From positions 28,706,001 to 28,770,000 of the forward strand of contig OZ024751.1 of NCBI GenBank assembly GCA_964016885.1: a DNA stretch of 64,000 nucleotides, in the 5' to 3' direction. The position numbers and the translations under genes were made by a program. Source of the DNA: Eledone cirrhosa. Lineage: Eukaryota. Shown here piece after piece: positions 1-16,788 of the stretch. The notes under the pieces were generated by a model. The model did not search any database, was not told the origin of the DNA, and saw only the letters and a program-made list of their open reading frames with translations. Within the stretch, counting starts at the first letter, position 1, and every line of letters begins with the position of its first letter.

Positions 1-791
1 TGTTTCCATTTAGCCTGGAGCAGTGGTGTAGTTAGTTACCGATGTGGAGTGAGGAGTGGTGGGCTGGAGTGGAGTGAGGTTTGGAGTGAAGTGGTCTTGG
101 TGTTGGTGTCAGTGTCGGTGTGGGATGGAAACAAAACCTAGGTTAGCAACACCAACCATTACAGACAAGCAACTATCCAACATCTTTGCTATGTTTTAAA
201 ACATTCAAACATTACGACTAGTCCCAGTCCCAGACCAAACCCAAACCCAAACCCAGACCAGACCAGAGAGAAAAACCAAAACCAACCAAACCACAGTAGA
301 AGTATCTTGACCTTCTCACCCTCCCCCCTGATCTCCCACCACCACCACTACCACCGCCAACTGCTTTTTCACCAATGCCACCACCACCAACAGTTATACA
401 TACAGAGTTATACCCACAGAGATACATACACACACACAGCTGCAGATACACATATGCAGATGCACACGCAAACACACACAGAGATGCAGAGACACATATA
501 CACACAGATACACACACAGCTGCTGACACACACATACACAGATGCACACACAAACACACACAGCTTCAGACACACACACAGATGCAGAGACACATATACA
601 CACACACACATGCACACACACAGATGCAGACACACACATAAATACACGCACAGATGCAGACACATACACAAAAACACACACACACACCCCTATACACAGA
701 TGCAGACACACACACACACAGATGTGCTCACATATACTCACACACATGGCTTCAACCATCTGACTGACTGACCAACCAACATAGCTGTAGT

Positions 792-832
<41 letters not shown>

Positions 833-1161
833 TGTGCATTTGTTTGTGTTTATGTGAGTGTGTATATATGAGTGTGTGTGTATATGTGTTTGTTTGTATG
901 TATGTGACTGTGTGTATATGTGTTTGTTTGTGTGTATATATATATGTGTTTGTTTGTGTATATGCGAGTGTGTGGTCTTGTATGTGTGTGTGGTCTCGTG
1001 TGTGCATGTGTGTCAATGTGTGTGTATGTAAGTGTGTATGTTTGTGTGTGTGGAAATATTGCTCTCCTAAGATAATGATACCACATGCACACACATGCAC
1101 ACACTTTCTTATCTGGTTGGAGAGAGGGAGAGGGAGACAGAGAGAGAGAGAGGGAGAGATA

Positions 1162-1242
<81 letters not shown>

Positions 1243-1864
1243 AGAGAGCCGACACTAAGCTTGGCAGACAGATAAGAAAATATTCTTTTTCTTTTTTTTG
1301 TGTTGTTTTATTTGTATTTTGTTATTGTTTGTACTCTTGGTTTTATATATATTTGGTTGTAGAATCCTGAGCCACTAACACCACCAACAACAGCAACAAC
1401 ACTATCTCCACCAGCACCACTATCACCATCACTAGCACCATCATCTCTACCATTAACACCACCACCACCACCAATAACAACAACAACAACAACAACACTA
1501 CTACCACCATCACCACCACCACCAACTCCAACAACTTCACCAGCACCACCACCGCTCCTACCACCATCTATCTCTACTATCATGACTACCATCACCACCA
1601 GCAACAACAACAACAACAACATGATCTTTTTCCTCTCCTCATCCTTGGAGAGATCCATTAACTGCAGTAGGAAGACTTATTATTATTATTATTATTATTG
1701 CTAGATAGTTACTGCAGAGTTCTTTCTCCTCTGTGAACTACGCAGTAAGTTATCTCAGAAATATCCTATAGTGGTCAGTTCTTAAGTTCTCCTATTGGTG
1801 GATTTCCCGGAGAAAGGGGGAAAGAAAAGACATTCACTATCTGATTAATACAGCAATGTTTCTA

Positions 1865-2282
1865 TGCAGAACATTGGTAAAGCCATTGATAAGGTGTTGG
1901 ATTAAATACAGAGGTGTTTGTTCTGGCTCACTGCACGCTGAGTTCAAATCCCATTCATGTTAACTTTGCCCCTTTTACCCTATCAGGATCGGGATCGATA
2001 AATGAAGTATGAAGTTAAATGGTCAAATAAGATTGGCAGGATCATCAGAGCATTAAATTGAATATCAATGTGTTTGTTGGGGCTCTCTGTGTCCCGAGTT
2101 CAAATCCAACTCATGCTAACCTTGCCTTTTACCCTTATAGGGATGATAAATAAGGTACTAGTCTAAGGGTGGTGGATGTCGGATAAGATTAGCAGGTTAT
2201 TAGAGCATTAAACTGAATATCACAGTGTTTGTTGTGGTTCTCTGTGCTCTGGGTTCAAATCCCACCCATGTTAACCTCGCCT
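1865..2282 (+). mobile_element. Older, decayed SINE group A copies in tandem
   Basis: Three g.gttcaaatcc....catg.taac.t.gcc motifs at about 1940, 2096 and 2251. Confidence 0.7.
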
Positions 2283-2465
2283 ACACAGACACATATATAA
2301 CCAAAACCCCAGGACAGTTAAAAAAAGATAGCAATACCAGGCACTGCACTCATTATGAAAAGTACTATCAATACAATAGAAACATCATCAAAAGCTACAC
2401 TGCTTATATCCAAGGCACACAGAGCTGTGCTTAGTAAAGCAGTAATGATGCACAATAAAAATAAT

Positions 2466-3050
2466 AATTGTTTCTACTTTTGGCACAAGGCCAGCAATTA
2501 TCCCAGTATATTACTGGTGCTTTATTTATTCGACCCCATAAGGGATTTGAACTCAGACTGTAAAGGGTCGTAACTCTATACTGCAAAGCATGCGTCCGAC
2601 ACTCTACCGATACTGCCAATATAAAAATAATAATGGAAATAATAATAATTGTTTCTACTTTTGGCACAAGGCCAACAATTATCCCAGTGTATTACTGGTA
2701 CTTTATTTTATCGACCCCGTAAGGATGAAAGGCAAAGTTAACCCCAAACAGGATTTGAAAGGGACGTAACTGTGCTGCAAAGCATGGCGTCCGACCCTCT
2801 ACCGATACTGCCAAGATAATAATGGTTTCTTATATAGGCACAACACCAGCAAATTTTTTTTGGGGGGAGGGGGGTCGATTAAATTGACCCCAGGACATTA
2901 TTGGTACTTTATATTATCAACCCTGCAAGGATGAAAGGCAAAGTTATCCTCAGCGGGATTTGAACTCAGAACGTAAAGGGCAAAAACTCTATACTGTAAA
3001 GCATGGCATCCGGCCCCCTACCGATTCTGCCAATCCAACGGCGACCGCCC
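2466..3050 (-). mobile_element. Cluster of three SINE group A copies
   Basis: Repeats of tttcta..ggcacaa..cagcaa...tactggt.cttta..ttatc.acccc..aagg...ggatttgaa begin at about 2466, 2646 and 2822. Confidence 0.9.
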
Positions 3051-3247
3051 TTAATGATAGTTTCTGATTTAGGCACAAATAATAATAATAATAACAAGTC
3101 CCTCCCCACACAAAATCTTAGAAGAATTGAATCTGAAAAGTGAAATGTGAAGTGCTATTAATGATGAAATGCAGGGATGTTGAAGTGATGATCTAATCCA
3201 TTTCTAACGAGCCAATATCAATATTGTTGTTATGGTGCCATGAGGAA

Positions 3248-3308
<61 letters not shown>

Positions 3309-3470
3309 CATATATATAAAAAAAATTACTAAATTCTATCCCTAATTGGTCCTGAAAAATTCTGGAGAGATCTGTAGAATATATAGGAATTCTGGAGAAC
3401 TAGCAGAAAGGACCCACTTGAAGTGAAGTAGGTCAATAACTTCTACATGGATCTAGCATCATCGTCATTG

Positions 3471-3501
<31 letters not shown>

Positions 3502-3777
3502 AATTGTCATCATCATCATCGTTGTCAACATTCTTTTTATTATCATTGTCATCATCATCATCATCATCATCATCATCACTAACATCATCGTTAATGTTGC
3601 CATCATCATCATCATCATTATCACCACCAACATCTTCATCATCATCATCATCATTATCACCACCAACATTTTCATCATCATCATCATCATTATCACCACC
3701 AACATCTTCATCATCATCATCATCATCATTATCACCACCAACATCATCATCATCATCATCATCATTATCACCACCAA

Positions 3778-3819
<42 letters not shown>

Positions 3820-4814
3820 TGTCATCATTATCCTTATTGTTGTTGTCATCTTTCTAATCCAGTCTTCCTCTACATTCACTGAGGTTTGTTTGTGTGAATA
3901 CATTAAACAGACTATAGAGTAACATGTAGTGGTTTCCACCCACATGTGCAGTAGAGTAGCTATCAATGGCTTATATATACATTCATACATACATATACAT
4001 ATATGCATAAATGATGACAGCCCCCTCGTTATCGAGTATGGCCATTGCATGATATATCATTATTAATAATTATTACTTAATTCTATCGTGCAATGCCTGT
4101 GCGTGAAGATATTTTTTTAAGTGAGGAAAGACTGTGCACTGAGCCAATCCCACTCTCTGAGAGACAGTAGCTGTAACCCGAAACGAAGAGAAGATCAACA
4201 TCATCTGTAACTACTGAGCCACAGGTTATATATCGGAGTTATCCCAGTTTCCTGAGTTGCCTTCTCCTAGAAGAATGCCCTGACAAAGGCTAAGGGTCCT
4301 TCACATGCATACATACATATATACATACATAGATACATACATGCATACATACATATATACATATGTACATATTTACATACATACATATACATACACACAT
4401 GCATACATATATACATACATATAAACATACATATGTACATATATACATACATACATACATATACATACACACATACATACATATAAACATACATAACATT
4501 ACATTACATAATTACATACATACATTACTATATATATATATATGGGTGTGTATATATTATATATGCACGTATATATACACGTGTGTGTGTGAGTGTGCAT
4601 ACATTGACCCTGATGAATGAATAAACAAAAAAACTCGTCATCAAGAATCTTTGGAATAATTCAATCAATAATTAATTAGATCTTAAAGAAAAACAAAAAC
4701 AGACAAACAAAATAAAAAAAAAACCCACAGCAACAAAAACAACAACTACAACAGCAAAGGACTTCTCAATGTCAACAACAAAACTATTTTACTACTACTA
4801 CTACTCCTGTGATG

Positions 4815-4873
<59 letters not shown>

Positions 4874-4969
4874 TACAGAGAATATTTTGGAAATCAGGAC
4901 ATCAAAGCTATTTTAAAATCTTAAAATACCTTTGTTAATGAATAGAAAACTTTAAATCATAGTTTGAAG

Positions 4970-5044
<75 letters not shown>

Positions 5045-5236
5045 TATATATATAAGAGTGTTTGAGGGTGTGTATATGGGTATGTGTATATATGTGTTTT
5101 CAAATAGACATTCAAACATGGGTCTCTACAATGAGGGCTTCATAAATAAAATTTAAATGATTCCTTTAATCTCAAGCGAAAACTCTCACAATACACACAC
5201 ATATATATATATATATATATGTGTATGTATATATGT

Positions 5237-5285
<49 letters not shown>

Positions 5286-5401
5286 ACATGTAGAGTGTAA
5301 TACAAGCTCCATTATATTAAACAGTCTTTCACAACTTACAAATGCTTTGAGTAACAATAAAAAACAGAAAGTTAAGCATCCATCACACTCTAATATCCAA
5401 C

Positions 5402-5444
<43 letters not shown>

Positions 5445-5457
5445 CATATATATATTT

Positions 5458-5504
<47 letters not shown>

Positions 5505-5989
5505 TCTAATATATGGTAACTTCTGGAACAGGAATACAGAAGAGAAGCCACAAAAGATGTTACAGCAGTATTTAACTGCAGCAGAACAGTTAAGCATCCA
5601 CCACCACCACCACCTCCGCCATCACCACCACCGCCATCCCCACCACCACCATAACCACCACCACCACCACCACCACAACAACAACAACCACCGCCATCGC
5701 TATCACCTTTACATACATACACAACTGAAGTAAGTAAAAAGCTATGGAGTTTCTATTAGATTACAAATGGAATATATTTCATTTGGGGGCTGAAGAGCTG
5801 TACCAATGTTCCTTGATGAAACAGAACAGACCTTCATGTAACTATATTACATTAATACAATCATTCTGTTTGAACCAAGCAGCAATGCTAATTTTTTTTT
5901 TTTTGTGTGTGTGTGTTTTTTTTGGGGGGGGGGGGGGGGCTTTTGAGTAGTGGCAAAACCGAAGGAGAGGATGGATGGATGGATGAATA

Positions 5990-6960
<971 letters not shown>

Positions 6961-7617
6961 GAGTGAAGTCAATCAAATGGATCCAATTTTATTAGTGGAA
7001 GTTATTATTTCATCAAGCTAGAGTTGACTCCAGAGGGATGTGAGTTTATGGAGAGATAAATTGTTGAGTAGAAGTTCTATATAATCCAGACTAACATGCT
7101 ACTGTTGCCTAACAATGGTGCTTCCTTGGACTAAACAAGACAATGTGGCAAATAATGTAACAGCCAAATGAACTGACCATCAGCATCAGCATCATTTTGA
7201 CCATCAGCATCATCATCATCATCATTATTCTAATCATCATCATCATCATCGCCATTATCACCATCATCATTATAATTCTGACCATTCTCATTATCAGCAT
7301 CATTCTCATCATCATCATCATCATCCTCATCATCATCATCATCAATCATCATCATCGTCATCATTGTCATCATTATCACTATTCTCGTCATCATCCAGAA
7401 CATCATCATTCTCATCATCATCAGAAACATCACTATCAAGATCATCATCATCATCACCATCACCATCTTGATCATCATCATTGTTGTCAATATATTTTGT
7501 CCATGTTTCCATGGCAGCCTGGATTTGATGGGTTGTCCCTGCTCCAGTGCCAGACAACATGGAGGACAACTTCTTGCTTCAGAATCCAAAATGTCCATAT
7601 ATTATAGTTTCTAATGA

Positions 7618-7742
7618 TTTCTACTATAGGCACAAGGCCAGCAATTAAGTCAATTAAATCAACCCCAGCGCATTACTGGTTCTTTATTTTATCGACCCCG
7701 CAAGGGATGAAAACCTAAGAGGATCTTCAGAGGATTTGAACG
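7618..7742 (-). mobile_element. SINE group A 3' fragment
   Basis: ggcacaaggccagcaatt...ttttatcgaccccgcaagggatgaaa...ggatttgaa. Confidence 0.8.
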
Positions 7743-9060
7743 TAGAAATAGATGGAGCAAACTAACTACTACAACACATTGGATGATGGTGATGATGATG
7801 AGGGCGGTAGTTGTGATGGCGGCAATGATGATGATGATGATGACAATAAAGATGAGGATGATAAACATCATGATGAGGGTGATAATGATGATGACAAAGA
7901 TGATGAGGATGATAAAGTTGAGGGCGATGATGGTGATGATAATGGTATGGACGATAATGATGATGAGGGCGATGATGATGATGTGGATGCAGATACTGGT
8001 AGCAATCATGATGAGGATGATTAAGATGATGATAAAGATGATTATGTGGATGATAGTGCTGGCAAGGATGTTGATGAAGATGTTAATGGTGATGATAAAG
8101 GTGATAATGATGATAAAGATGATAATGGTGATGATGAATGTGATGGTAAAGATGATGATGATGATGATAATAATAATGATAATGTTTATAATCTAATTAC
8201 AAAATGCAATGCATCATCTAGTAACAAACATTATCAGAGCTAATTCTGAAAAATTTCCAATCCAAACAACAACAACAACAATACTATCACTATCAACAAC
8301 AACACTAATAATAATAACAATAATAATAGCAACAAAGATGATAATAATTCTGATAAACAGAGAGGAAAGTCTATTGCAACATGTTATCCAAAATGCTATA
8401 TCTTAATATATTATTTAATTATAAAAATGCTTCACTGAAGCAAAACAATATTATATCCAGTTGTGGCAACTACTCCTAAATACAGTTTATAGTTGAAAAA
8501 ACAACTAATCAGCCTTTCAACACTACCACCACCGCAACTACTACAGACACTACTACCACCACCACTACCGCTACCACCAACACTACAACCACAGCACCCA
8601 CACTACCACTACTACAACAACCACTGACACTACCACCACTACTACAACTACCAACACTACCACCACTATTACCACCACCACTACTACTACCACCACAGCG
8701 TCCAGACCACTGCCACTATCACAGGCACTATCATTACCACTAGCACTACCATTGCCACTAGCACTACCACCAAAGTGCTTCCCACCACCACCACCACCAT
8801 CAGCACCACTAACATCCCCGCCACTACCACCACCACCATCAACACCACTAACATCCCCACCACCACCACCATCAGCACTACTAACATCCCCACCACCACC
8901 ATCAGCACCACTAACATCCCCACCACCACCACTACCACCATCAGCACCACCACTACGATGTCATGAAATGTTACAGATCAATAGCCAATCAAAAATCAGT
9001 GAATTGCTAAACTGAGTTAGTTCACTGGATTAGGTTAGGCTTCTTCTTATACACACATAA

Positions 9061-9099
<39 letters not shown>

Positions 9100-9408
9100 C
9101 ACACACACACATATATATATCTACATATACACACATACATACATACACCTATATCTATCTATACTCACACATATATACACACATACGCACACACAGATAT
9201 ATATATACATACATACACATATAACTATTTATACCCACAAACACACATACATACTCACATATATATCTATACACACACATATATAAATCTATACACACAC
9301 TCACATATATATCTATACACACATTTATATATACATATTGATTCCAATGTCATCCACCAAAGTGGTGCAATGGTAAATTCTCATGTAATATATATATATA
9401 TATATAAA

Positions 9409-9465
<57 letters not shown>

Positions 9466-11637
9466 TATGTATGTATATATATATCTATATCTATAACTAG
9501 AAATAAAGAAATGATATGACCTGGTTTAGATTGCGAGCTGGAACAGTGATAATGGTAAAAAGATGAGCAGCAACAACACTACAATTCATTTTATTACCCA
9601 CAGATAATTCAGAAGTTAGACATTTAGGAATATCACCATTATTTTTATTAGGACTGAGAGGAGGGGGGGGGACACAGTAGAAAGAATTCTTTGCTGTCTT
9701 TGCTGTATTTGTTGTATATCATTTTTTAAAAGTTTCTGAGCTCAAATACTTCCAAGATTGACTACTATGTCTTTCATTTTTCTGGGGTTCATAGAACAAA
9801 GTTCTAGTTATATTCTAGGGTTGATATAACTGACTTTTCCCTTCTCCCAAAATTGCTGGCTTTGTGTCTAACTAACTAAGTTTGAAATTATCCTTTTCCT
9901 TTTCTTTTTTTTATGTATTTCCTTTTCGGCCCCTTTAAATAGTGTGTTCTGTTTTTGTATGAACAACCTTTGCAACTTATTAAACTTAACGACAGTGAGG
10001 CAGATTGTTGGCAGAATCTTGAGAAAATCAGACAAAATACCAGTTAAATACTAGGGTTGATATAACTGACATTTCCCTCCTCCTAAAATTGCTAACCTTG
10101 TACCATAAAAATAATCCTTATTAAATTGAACAACAGTGTAGTGGATTGTTGGCTCAATTTTTAAAATGTTAGACAAAATGTTTTGCAAAATTTGTTCCAA
10201 TTCTTTATATTTTGAGTTCAATAAACCTAAAGATATATAATAGCTGTGGTAGCCACTGTCAACAATAAACTGAAGATTTTTTACTCTGCACTACCATATT
10301 TTAAACCTTCTCTTCATTGCCACAATATTCCAAACTTTCAATATTCAATATTCCTGTAGTAGTGAATTTTAAACTACAGACTAGCTGAACTGTGGGCAAA
10401 GCTAAGTTTAAGAAGAATCTGAGGTGATGTGCAAGAGATGGAAGAGAGAAGGGCTGAGTGCCATCTTGGATGTTGGCATGTTTTTCACTATAGAGACCTG
10501 CTGGGCAACCACCTTATTGAGCGAACATTAGTGAAAATATTAACAGTATCAACAGAAAGAATTAGATGAGTAAACACACACATGCAGACATATATATATA
10601 TATATATACACATGCACACACTCATATATATATGTACACATAAATATATGTCTATGCTGAGAGATGCTGTACTGAAAAGGACCCACCTAACTAATGCACT
10701 TGTGGAATAACATACGTAAAATGATTATATATATATATGTATATATATACCACCCATGCAAGCATGGAAAAACATGTGAAATTGTTATGGTGATAAGGAT
10801 GATGATGATGATATGTATGTATGTGTGGGCATACACACACATATATATATATACACATACGCACATACAAATATATACATACACATATATATGCACACAC
10901 ACGCACACACATATATATGCGCGCACACACATACACTGACATAAAACGATGGTGATAATACGGGTAAGAGAGAGACATGTACAAGTACCAACAAAATCAC
11001 AATTTCACATGCAAATATAGTCACGAGGATATTACTATTGTACTGCATTATTTTGTCTCTTCTTTTTGCTTTCCTTTTCCTTATTCCTTTCTGTCTTTCC
11101 GTCTTTCTGTCTTTCTTTATGCCAGTTATTTCTCAGCAATTTTTTATTTCTCAATACTTTGGGGTTGTTTTCTTTTGTTAAGTAGTTAAAAAAAAAACGT
11201 TTTTCAAGCATTTTTTTCCTCTACCCCTTTTCTTCCTCCAAACAAAGAGAACACTTTATTAAGTGGAATAAACTAAACGAAAGGACTGCTTCTATCGCTG
11301 TGATTTCCTTCTCTCTAAATAAACTGCCTTGTTATTGGTGCACTAAATATATTTTTATCACCTACAGAGTGCCTGCAATAGAAACACCTTTAGTTTCCAT
11401 TTATCCCTGTTCTTAGTAAAGCAATATGACTGTAGGGAGAGCAGTTACACAGTGTTGACTACTTCTCAATGGACTCCGTTGGAGGTCCATGTTCGTTTTA
11501 ACTCAACAACCTGCCATCGCTGACAAGAGACGCTTTAAATACACAGCCTTTTATTCGGTTTTATTCCACTTTATTTTATTTTATTTTAGGTTGTTTTTTG
11601 GGGTATTTCATACTTATTTTTCTTGATTCATTTTTAA

Positions 11638-11670
<33 letters not shown>

Positions 11671-11855
11671 CACACTCACATATATATACATACAAATATA
11701 TATACACAGACATATATACACACACACACATATATATATATACACATATAAATATACATACACACACACACATATAAATATACATACACACACACACATA
11801 TATATATATACACACACATGTATATATACACATATATATGTATGTGTGTATTATA

Positions 11856-11898
<43 letters not shown>

Positions 11899-12071
11899 CA
11901 AACCAAGATAACAGCTGAACTGTAATAGAATGTTGTCATGGTGATTCAAGTTTCAAGTCAACAACAATTCAATCAATGATACCTTTTAGTCTTTTATGCA
12001 TCTGTTTAAAAGGTTGGGGGGGGGGGGGGGGGGGCAGGAGAAAACAAAAATAATCAAATATTCCTCTAGAG

Positions 12072-12193
12072 CAGGCATGGGAAAACTTTTTCGAGCAGTG
12101 GGCCGCATAGGATGTGGCTTATCGTAAGGTGGGGCCATTCAGAAAGCCAAGCAGGCCACATGCGGCTCGCGGGTTGCAGTTTGCCCATGACTG
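12072..12193. mobile_element. hAT-superfamily (Charlie-like) MITE, 122 bp
   Basis: TIRs are CAGGCATGGGAAAACT and AGTTTGCCCATGACTG. A perfect 8-bp TSD, CTCTAGAG, lies at 12064-12071 and 12194-12201. Confidence 0.92.
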
Positions 12194-12207
12194 CTCTAGA
12201 GTATTAT

Positions 12208-12370
12208 TGGATTGGCAGTATGGGTAGAAGGTCAGATGCCATGCTTTGCAGTATAGAGTTACGACTCTTTACGGTCTGAGTTCAAATCCTGCCGATGTTA
12301 ACTTTGCCTTTTATCCTTATGAGGGTCAACAACAACAAACAAAAAAAAGTACTAGTAATGCACTGGAATG
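12208..12370 (+). mobile_element. SINE group A
   Basis: tggattggcagtatgggtaga...ctgagttcaaatcctgccgatgttaactttgcctttt. Confidence 0.85.
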
Positions 12371-13019
12371 AGTGCTGTCCTATCGAGGGAAGAAAAAAAA
12401 CAACAACAAAAAAAGCATCATCATCATCATCATAATAATAATAATAATAATAAGCAACCAGAATTAATCAAGTTTGGGAAGTAGAGGGACACTGTGGATG
12501 AAGAAGAATAACAACACTGCTAACGAAGTTGTTGGTACAAAATAAAGGATTATAAATGATTATATATTCAGATTTTCCTTGCTTCTTATACTATTTATTA
12601 GTCTCTTTTATAAATGTTATTCTACAAAGAAAAAACCCACACTATATTGTCCTGTACTGTCTTTAATGTTTCTTTAATGTGAGCCCTGTGTGGCTAATAA
12701 AGAAATTATTATTATCATATTTTATCCATAGTCATCATCACCATTTACATTATCATCATCAACATCATCATCATTATCATCGTAATCATCATCATCATTA
12801 CCATCATCATCATCATCCTTATTATCATTTAGTAAAAGACTTTAATATCATGTTATATCGGTCTTTTACTACATATCTCAGAATGATTCCCCATTAAGTA
12901 CATTATTATTATTACTATTATAATTATTATTATTATTAATAATAATATTTTAATGAAATTTTTACTGCTAAGAGTTTTAGAAAATCGTAAAACTAAAACA
13001 CTAAAGCACCCACCAATAA

Positions 13020-13089
<70 letters not shown>

Positions 13090-13173
13090 CATATATATAT
13101 CATACTCTGCTCTGTAAGAGCATAGAGTGCTCAACCGGCATACCGCCTATGGAAGCATCTTAGCTACCATCAG

Positions 13174-13233
<60 letters not shown>

Positions 13234-13300
13234 GTTGTTTAACGGCTGTTCTAGCAATGAGTTTTCTCATTTATATTTATATATATATATGTATATATAT

Positions 13301-13452
13301 ATATACACACCCCACATACAAACAACAATATACACACCCCACATACAAACAACAATATACACACCCCACATACAAACAACAATATACACACCCCACATAC
13401 AAACAACAATATACACACCCCACAAACAAACAACAATATACACACCCCACAA
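13301..13452 (+). repeat. 27-bp minisatellite, about 5.5 copies
   Basis: Unit tatacacaccccacatacaaacaacaa. Confidence 0.93.
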
Positions 13453-13491
13453 ATAAGGATCTCTGTAGTGGCACAAATGTTAATAAATAAA

Positions 13492-13546
<55 letters not shown>

Positions 13547-14640
13547 TACATATATATATAATTCAGAAGTAAAAAAAAAACAAGTAAAAATTTAATAGTT
13601 CTACAAGACAGTTGGAAGATTTCCTATTTAGATAAATAATAATTTAATGAGAAGACAATAAATACATGGTAACAACAACAGTGAAACTGTGCGGGGCTTC
13701 TGTAGTGGTGGGGGTGGTGGTGGAGTGGTGGTGGGGTGGAGGGGGACACTGTGGTGGTGGTGGTGTGGAGGGGCGCACACTGGTGGTGATGGAGAGGGAC
13801 ATTATGGTGGTGGTGGCGGTGTGGAGGGGGGGGGGACACTGGTGTTGGTGGCAGTGGTGTGGAAGAGGGTGGTGGTGGTGGTAGTGGTGACAGTGGTACT
13901 GATGATGGCAATAATGGTGGGTGTTGTCAATGGTGGTAGTTGTGGTGGTGGTGTCAATGGTGGTAGCAGTGGTGGTGTGAGTTAGAAACAACAATTTAAA
14001 CACGTAATAATCTCAGAGCTAAGAAGAATTTAAACAGATTTTTTTTTTAATATCTTTTTTTCTTCTAATTTTCTTTTCTGTTTCATCTTATTATTTTTTA
14101 TAATTTTTTTTTTTTGTAGATTTTCAAAATAGATTGCATAACTAAGATTTTAAACTAATCTATTGGGTGATATATTTGGTTCTATAGTGATATATTGGTT
14201 CCACTGTGATGATATCATCAAGTCTTTGACTGAAGAACAAGTTGATATTTGAAACAAACATACAAACAAACACAAGAAAAATAAAGACTAAATAAGACAT
14301 CATAATAATGTAACAGGCAAAGCAGATGATTTACAGAAGATCTTTGCTTTAGTGTTTATGACTAAGACATGTAATAACTTTCAACAGACATGGCCACCTA
14401 CAGGGCAATTAAATATACGACATCATGGCCAGGTTTTATTATGGTTGGAAAGAAACAAAAGGGGGGGGGGATGACATCCTTGTAAAAATTGATGAGGCAT
14501 TTGTCAGCTTCATATCTTAAAGCCTGTTGGACTAAACTAAGTACTGTCATCATCTTTTTTAACCGGACATAAAAGGATGATGATGATGACGATGATGGTG
14601 ATGATGATGGTGATGATGATGGTGATGATGGTGGTGGTGG

Positions 14641-14671
<31 letters not shown>

Positions 14672-14700
14672 GATGATGATGGTGATGATGGTGGTGGTGG

Positions 14701-14731
<31 letters not shown>

Positions 14732-14850
14732 GATGATGATGATGATGACAATTGCCTTGTCCGATGAATGAATGAGGACGTTTTTCGTATTCGTCTTATT
14801 CGGGAAACCTCTGGTAATGAGGTAATTATATTGTATTGTTTATTATACAT

Positions 14851-14933
<83 letters not shown>

Positions 14934-16320
14934 TTATATTTATATACACACATATATATCATTTTTATTATCATTATTACTGTTGTTGTTGTTTTAAATA
15001 TGAAGATATGATGAATCTATAAATCTATATATATTTGTTGTGTAAAGTGGCTGGCAATGAAATGGAGACAATATAGAGTAGAGAGGATTCTTCAGTCTGG
15101 TCAAGCATATGACAACCTCTCTAGTGCTGGTGCCATTATCATATGCACTCAGTACACTCTGTAAAGTGGTTGGTGTTAGGAAGGTAATCCAACTGTACAA
15201 ACTATAACAAAAAATGACTTGAAAAGCCCCTTCAGTTATGTCAAAGATATGACAACCTCTCTAGTACTAGGACCATGATAAAATGTACTGAGTACACTCT
15301 GTAAAGTGGTTGGTCTTAGGAAAGTAATCTAGCTGTAGAAAGTATGCCAGTATGAAATACATGAGTAAATTGAGGTCACTTTCCAACTTGTCAAATCTTG
15401 GACTGTGACAAGTAGTCCAACCCATGAAACATGGAAAGCTGAGATAAAATGATGATATATATTTAAATATGTATATAATTGTGTGTATGTATAAGTGTAT
15501 GTGTGTGTGTGTGTCTATGTATGTGTGTGTGTATATGTATGTGTGTGTATGAGCCTGTGTGTGTCTGTGAGTATATGTGTGTCTATGTGTATGTGTCTGT
15601 GTGTGTTTAACCAATGAAAAAAATCACACGAAATGACTTTTTAAACGTAATTTAGAAATCACTACATGAAATTAGGAACCAATGAAATAAAGAGACAGCG
15701 AAAAATACAACAAATAAATAGAATAAAACAATAAAACACAAGCAACAAACAAAGAAAACCAAACAAAACAAACAAAACAATATCAATTGACAAAATCAGA
15801 ATCAATTGGCGCCAATTATTGTTATTATTTCAATTGTCATTTGGCAGCAATTGACAGCCGAGTTCTACAGACCATACTGGTATAATTATAGGTAGAACGT
15901 TTGTCTTGGATTGGAAATGGCTATAAAATAACAAAGCTTTTGGCAGATCAAAGGGAATATTAGAAAATTTGGAAAGTTAGCAAGGAATAATAGAGAGTTT
16001 ATCTCTAAAGATACTAACTTTGCAATAAGTTTGGTTTACATAACAGAAAATGGAGATTATGCAAATGTCTTAGCATTAATGTATTCTGTCAGATGGTTCC
16101 AATATTCCACCTTCCATTTGGTTTTAGACTGGGGAAAAACTCTTTGATCTTTTACAGCCTAGTGTTTGCTATGCAGTACGGTTCTTCATAAATTCACACC
16201 ATTGATGTGCCGAGTTGAAATAATGTCAAAAGTCTCAATATTCTATCCACAAAACTTTGAGATGAAAGACACCATAATTAAAACTGGAGAGACAAAACCG
16301 CAAAAATAATGGCAGGTGGG

Positions 16321-16351
<31 letters not shown>

Positions 16352-16686
16352 TCATAGAGAGAGAGAGGGGAAGACAGAGAGAGAGAGAGAGAGAGATCCT
16401 CTGTATCATGAGTGCACAAGAGGTTTATTGATAAGATTCAATAAATATTATTATTTATTTATAACTGACAAGCAAAAAAATATATAAATATATATATATA
16501 TATGTAAACAATAACCGTAAATAAATAATTAATACATGAAAAAATAAATATATAAATATATATATAAATAAATGAATGAAACCCTATATTAATGATGAAA
16601 TATACACACACATATACATGTATATGTATGTATATATATATATATGCATATATATATGCATATATATATGCATATATATATTTATA

Positions 16687-16788
<102 letters not shown>

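Noticed and set aside
1-140. tgtttccat...atggaaaca inverted match at the window edge
   Set aside because: Only 9 bp are visible and the left end is cut by the window boundary, so a MITE cannot be established.
4150-4195. ctctctgag..acagtagctgtaacccgaaacgaagag resembling a deleted hammerhead
   Set aside because: Restoring the core and helix III requires two assumed deletions, which is unsupported without a consensus.
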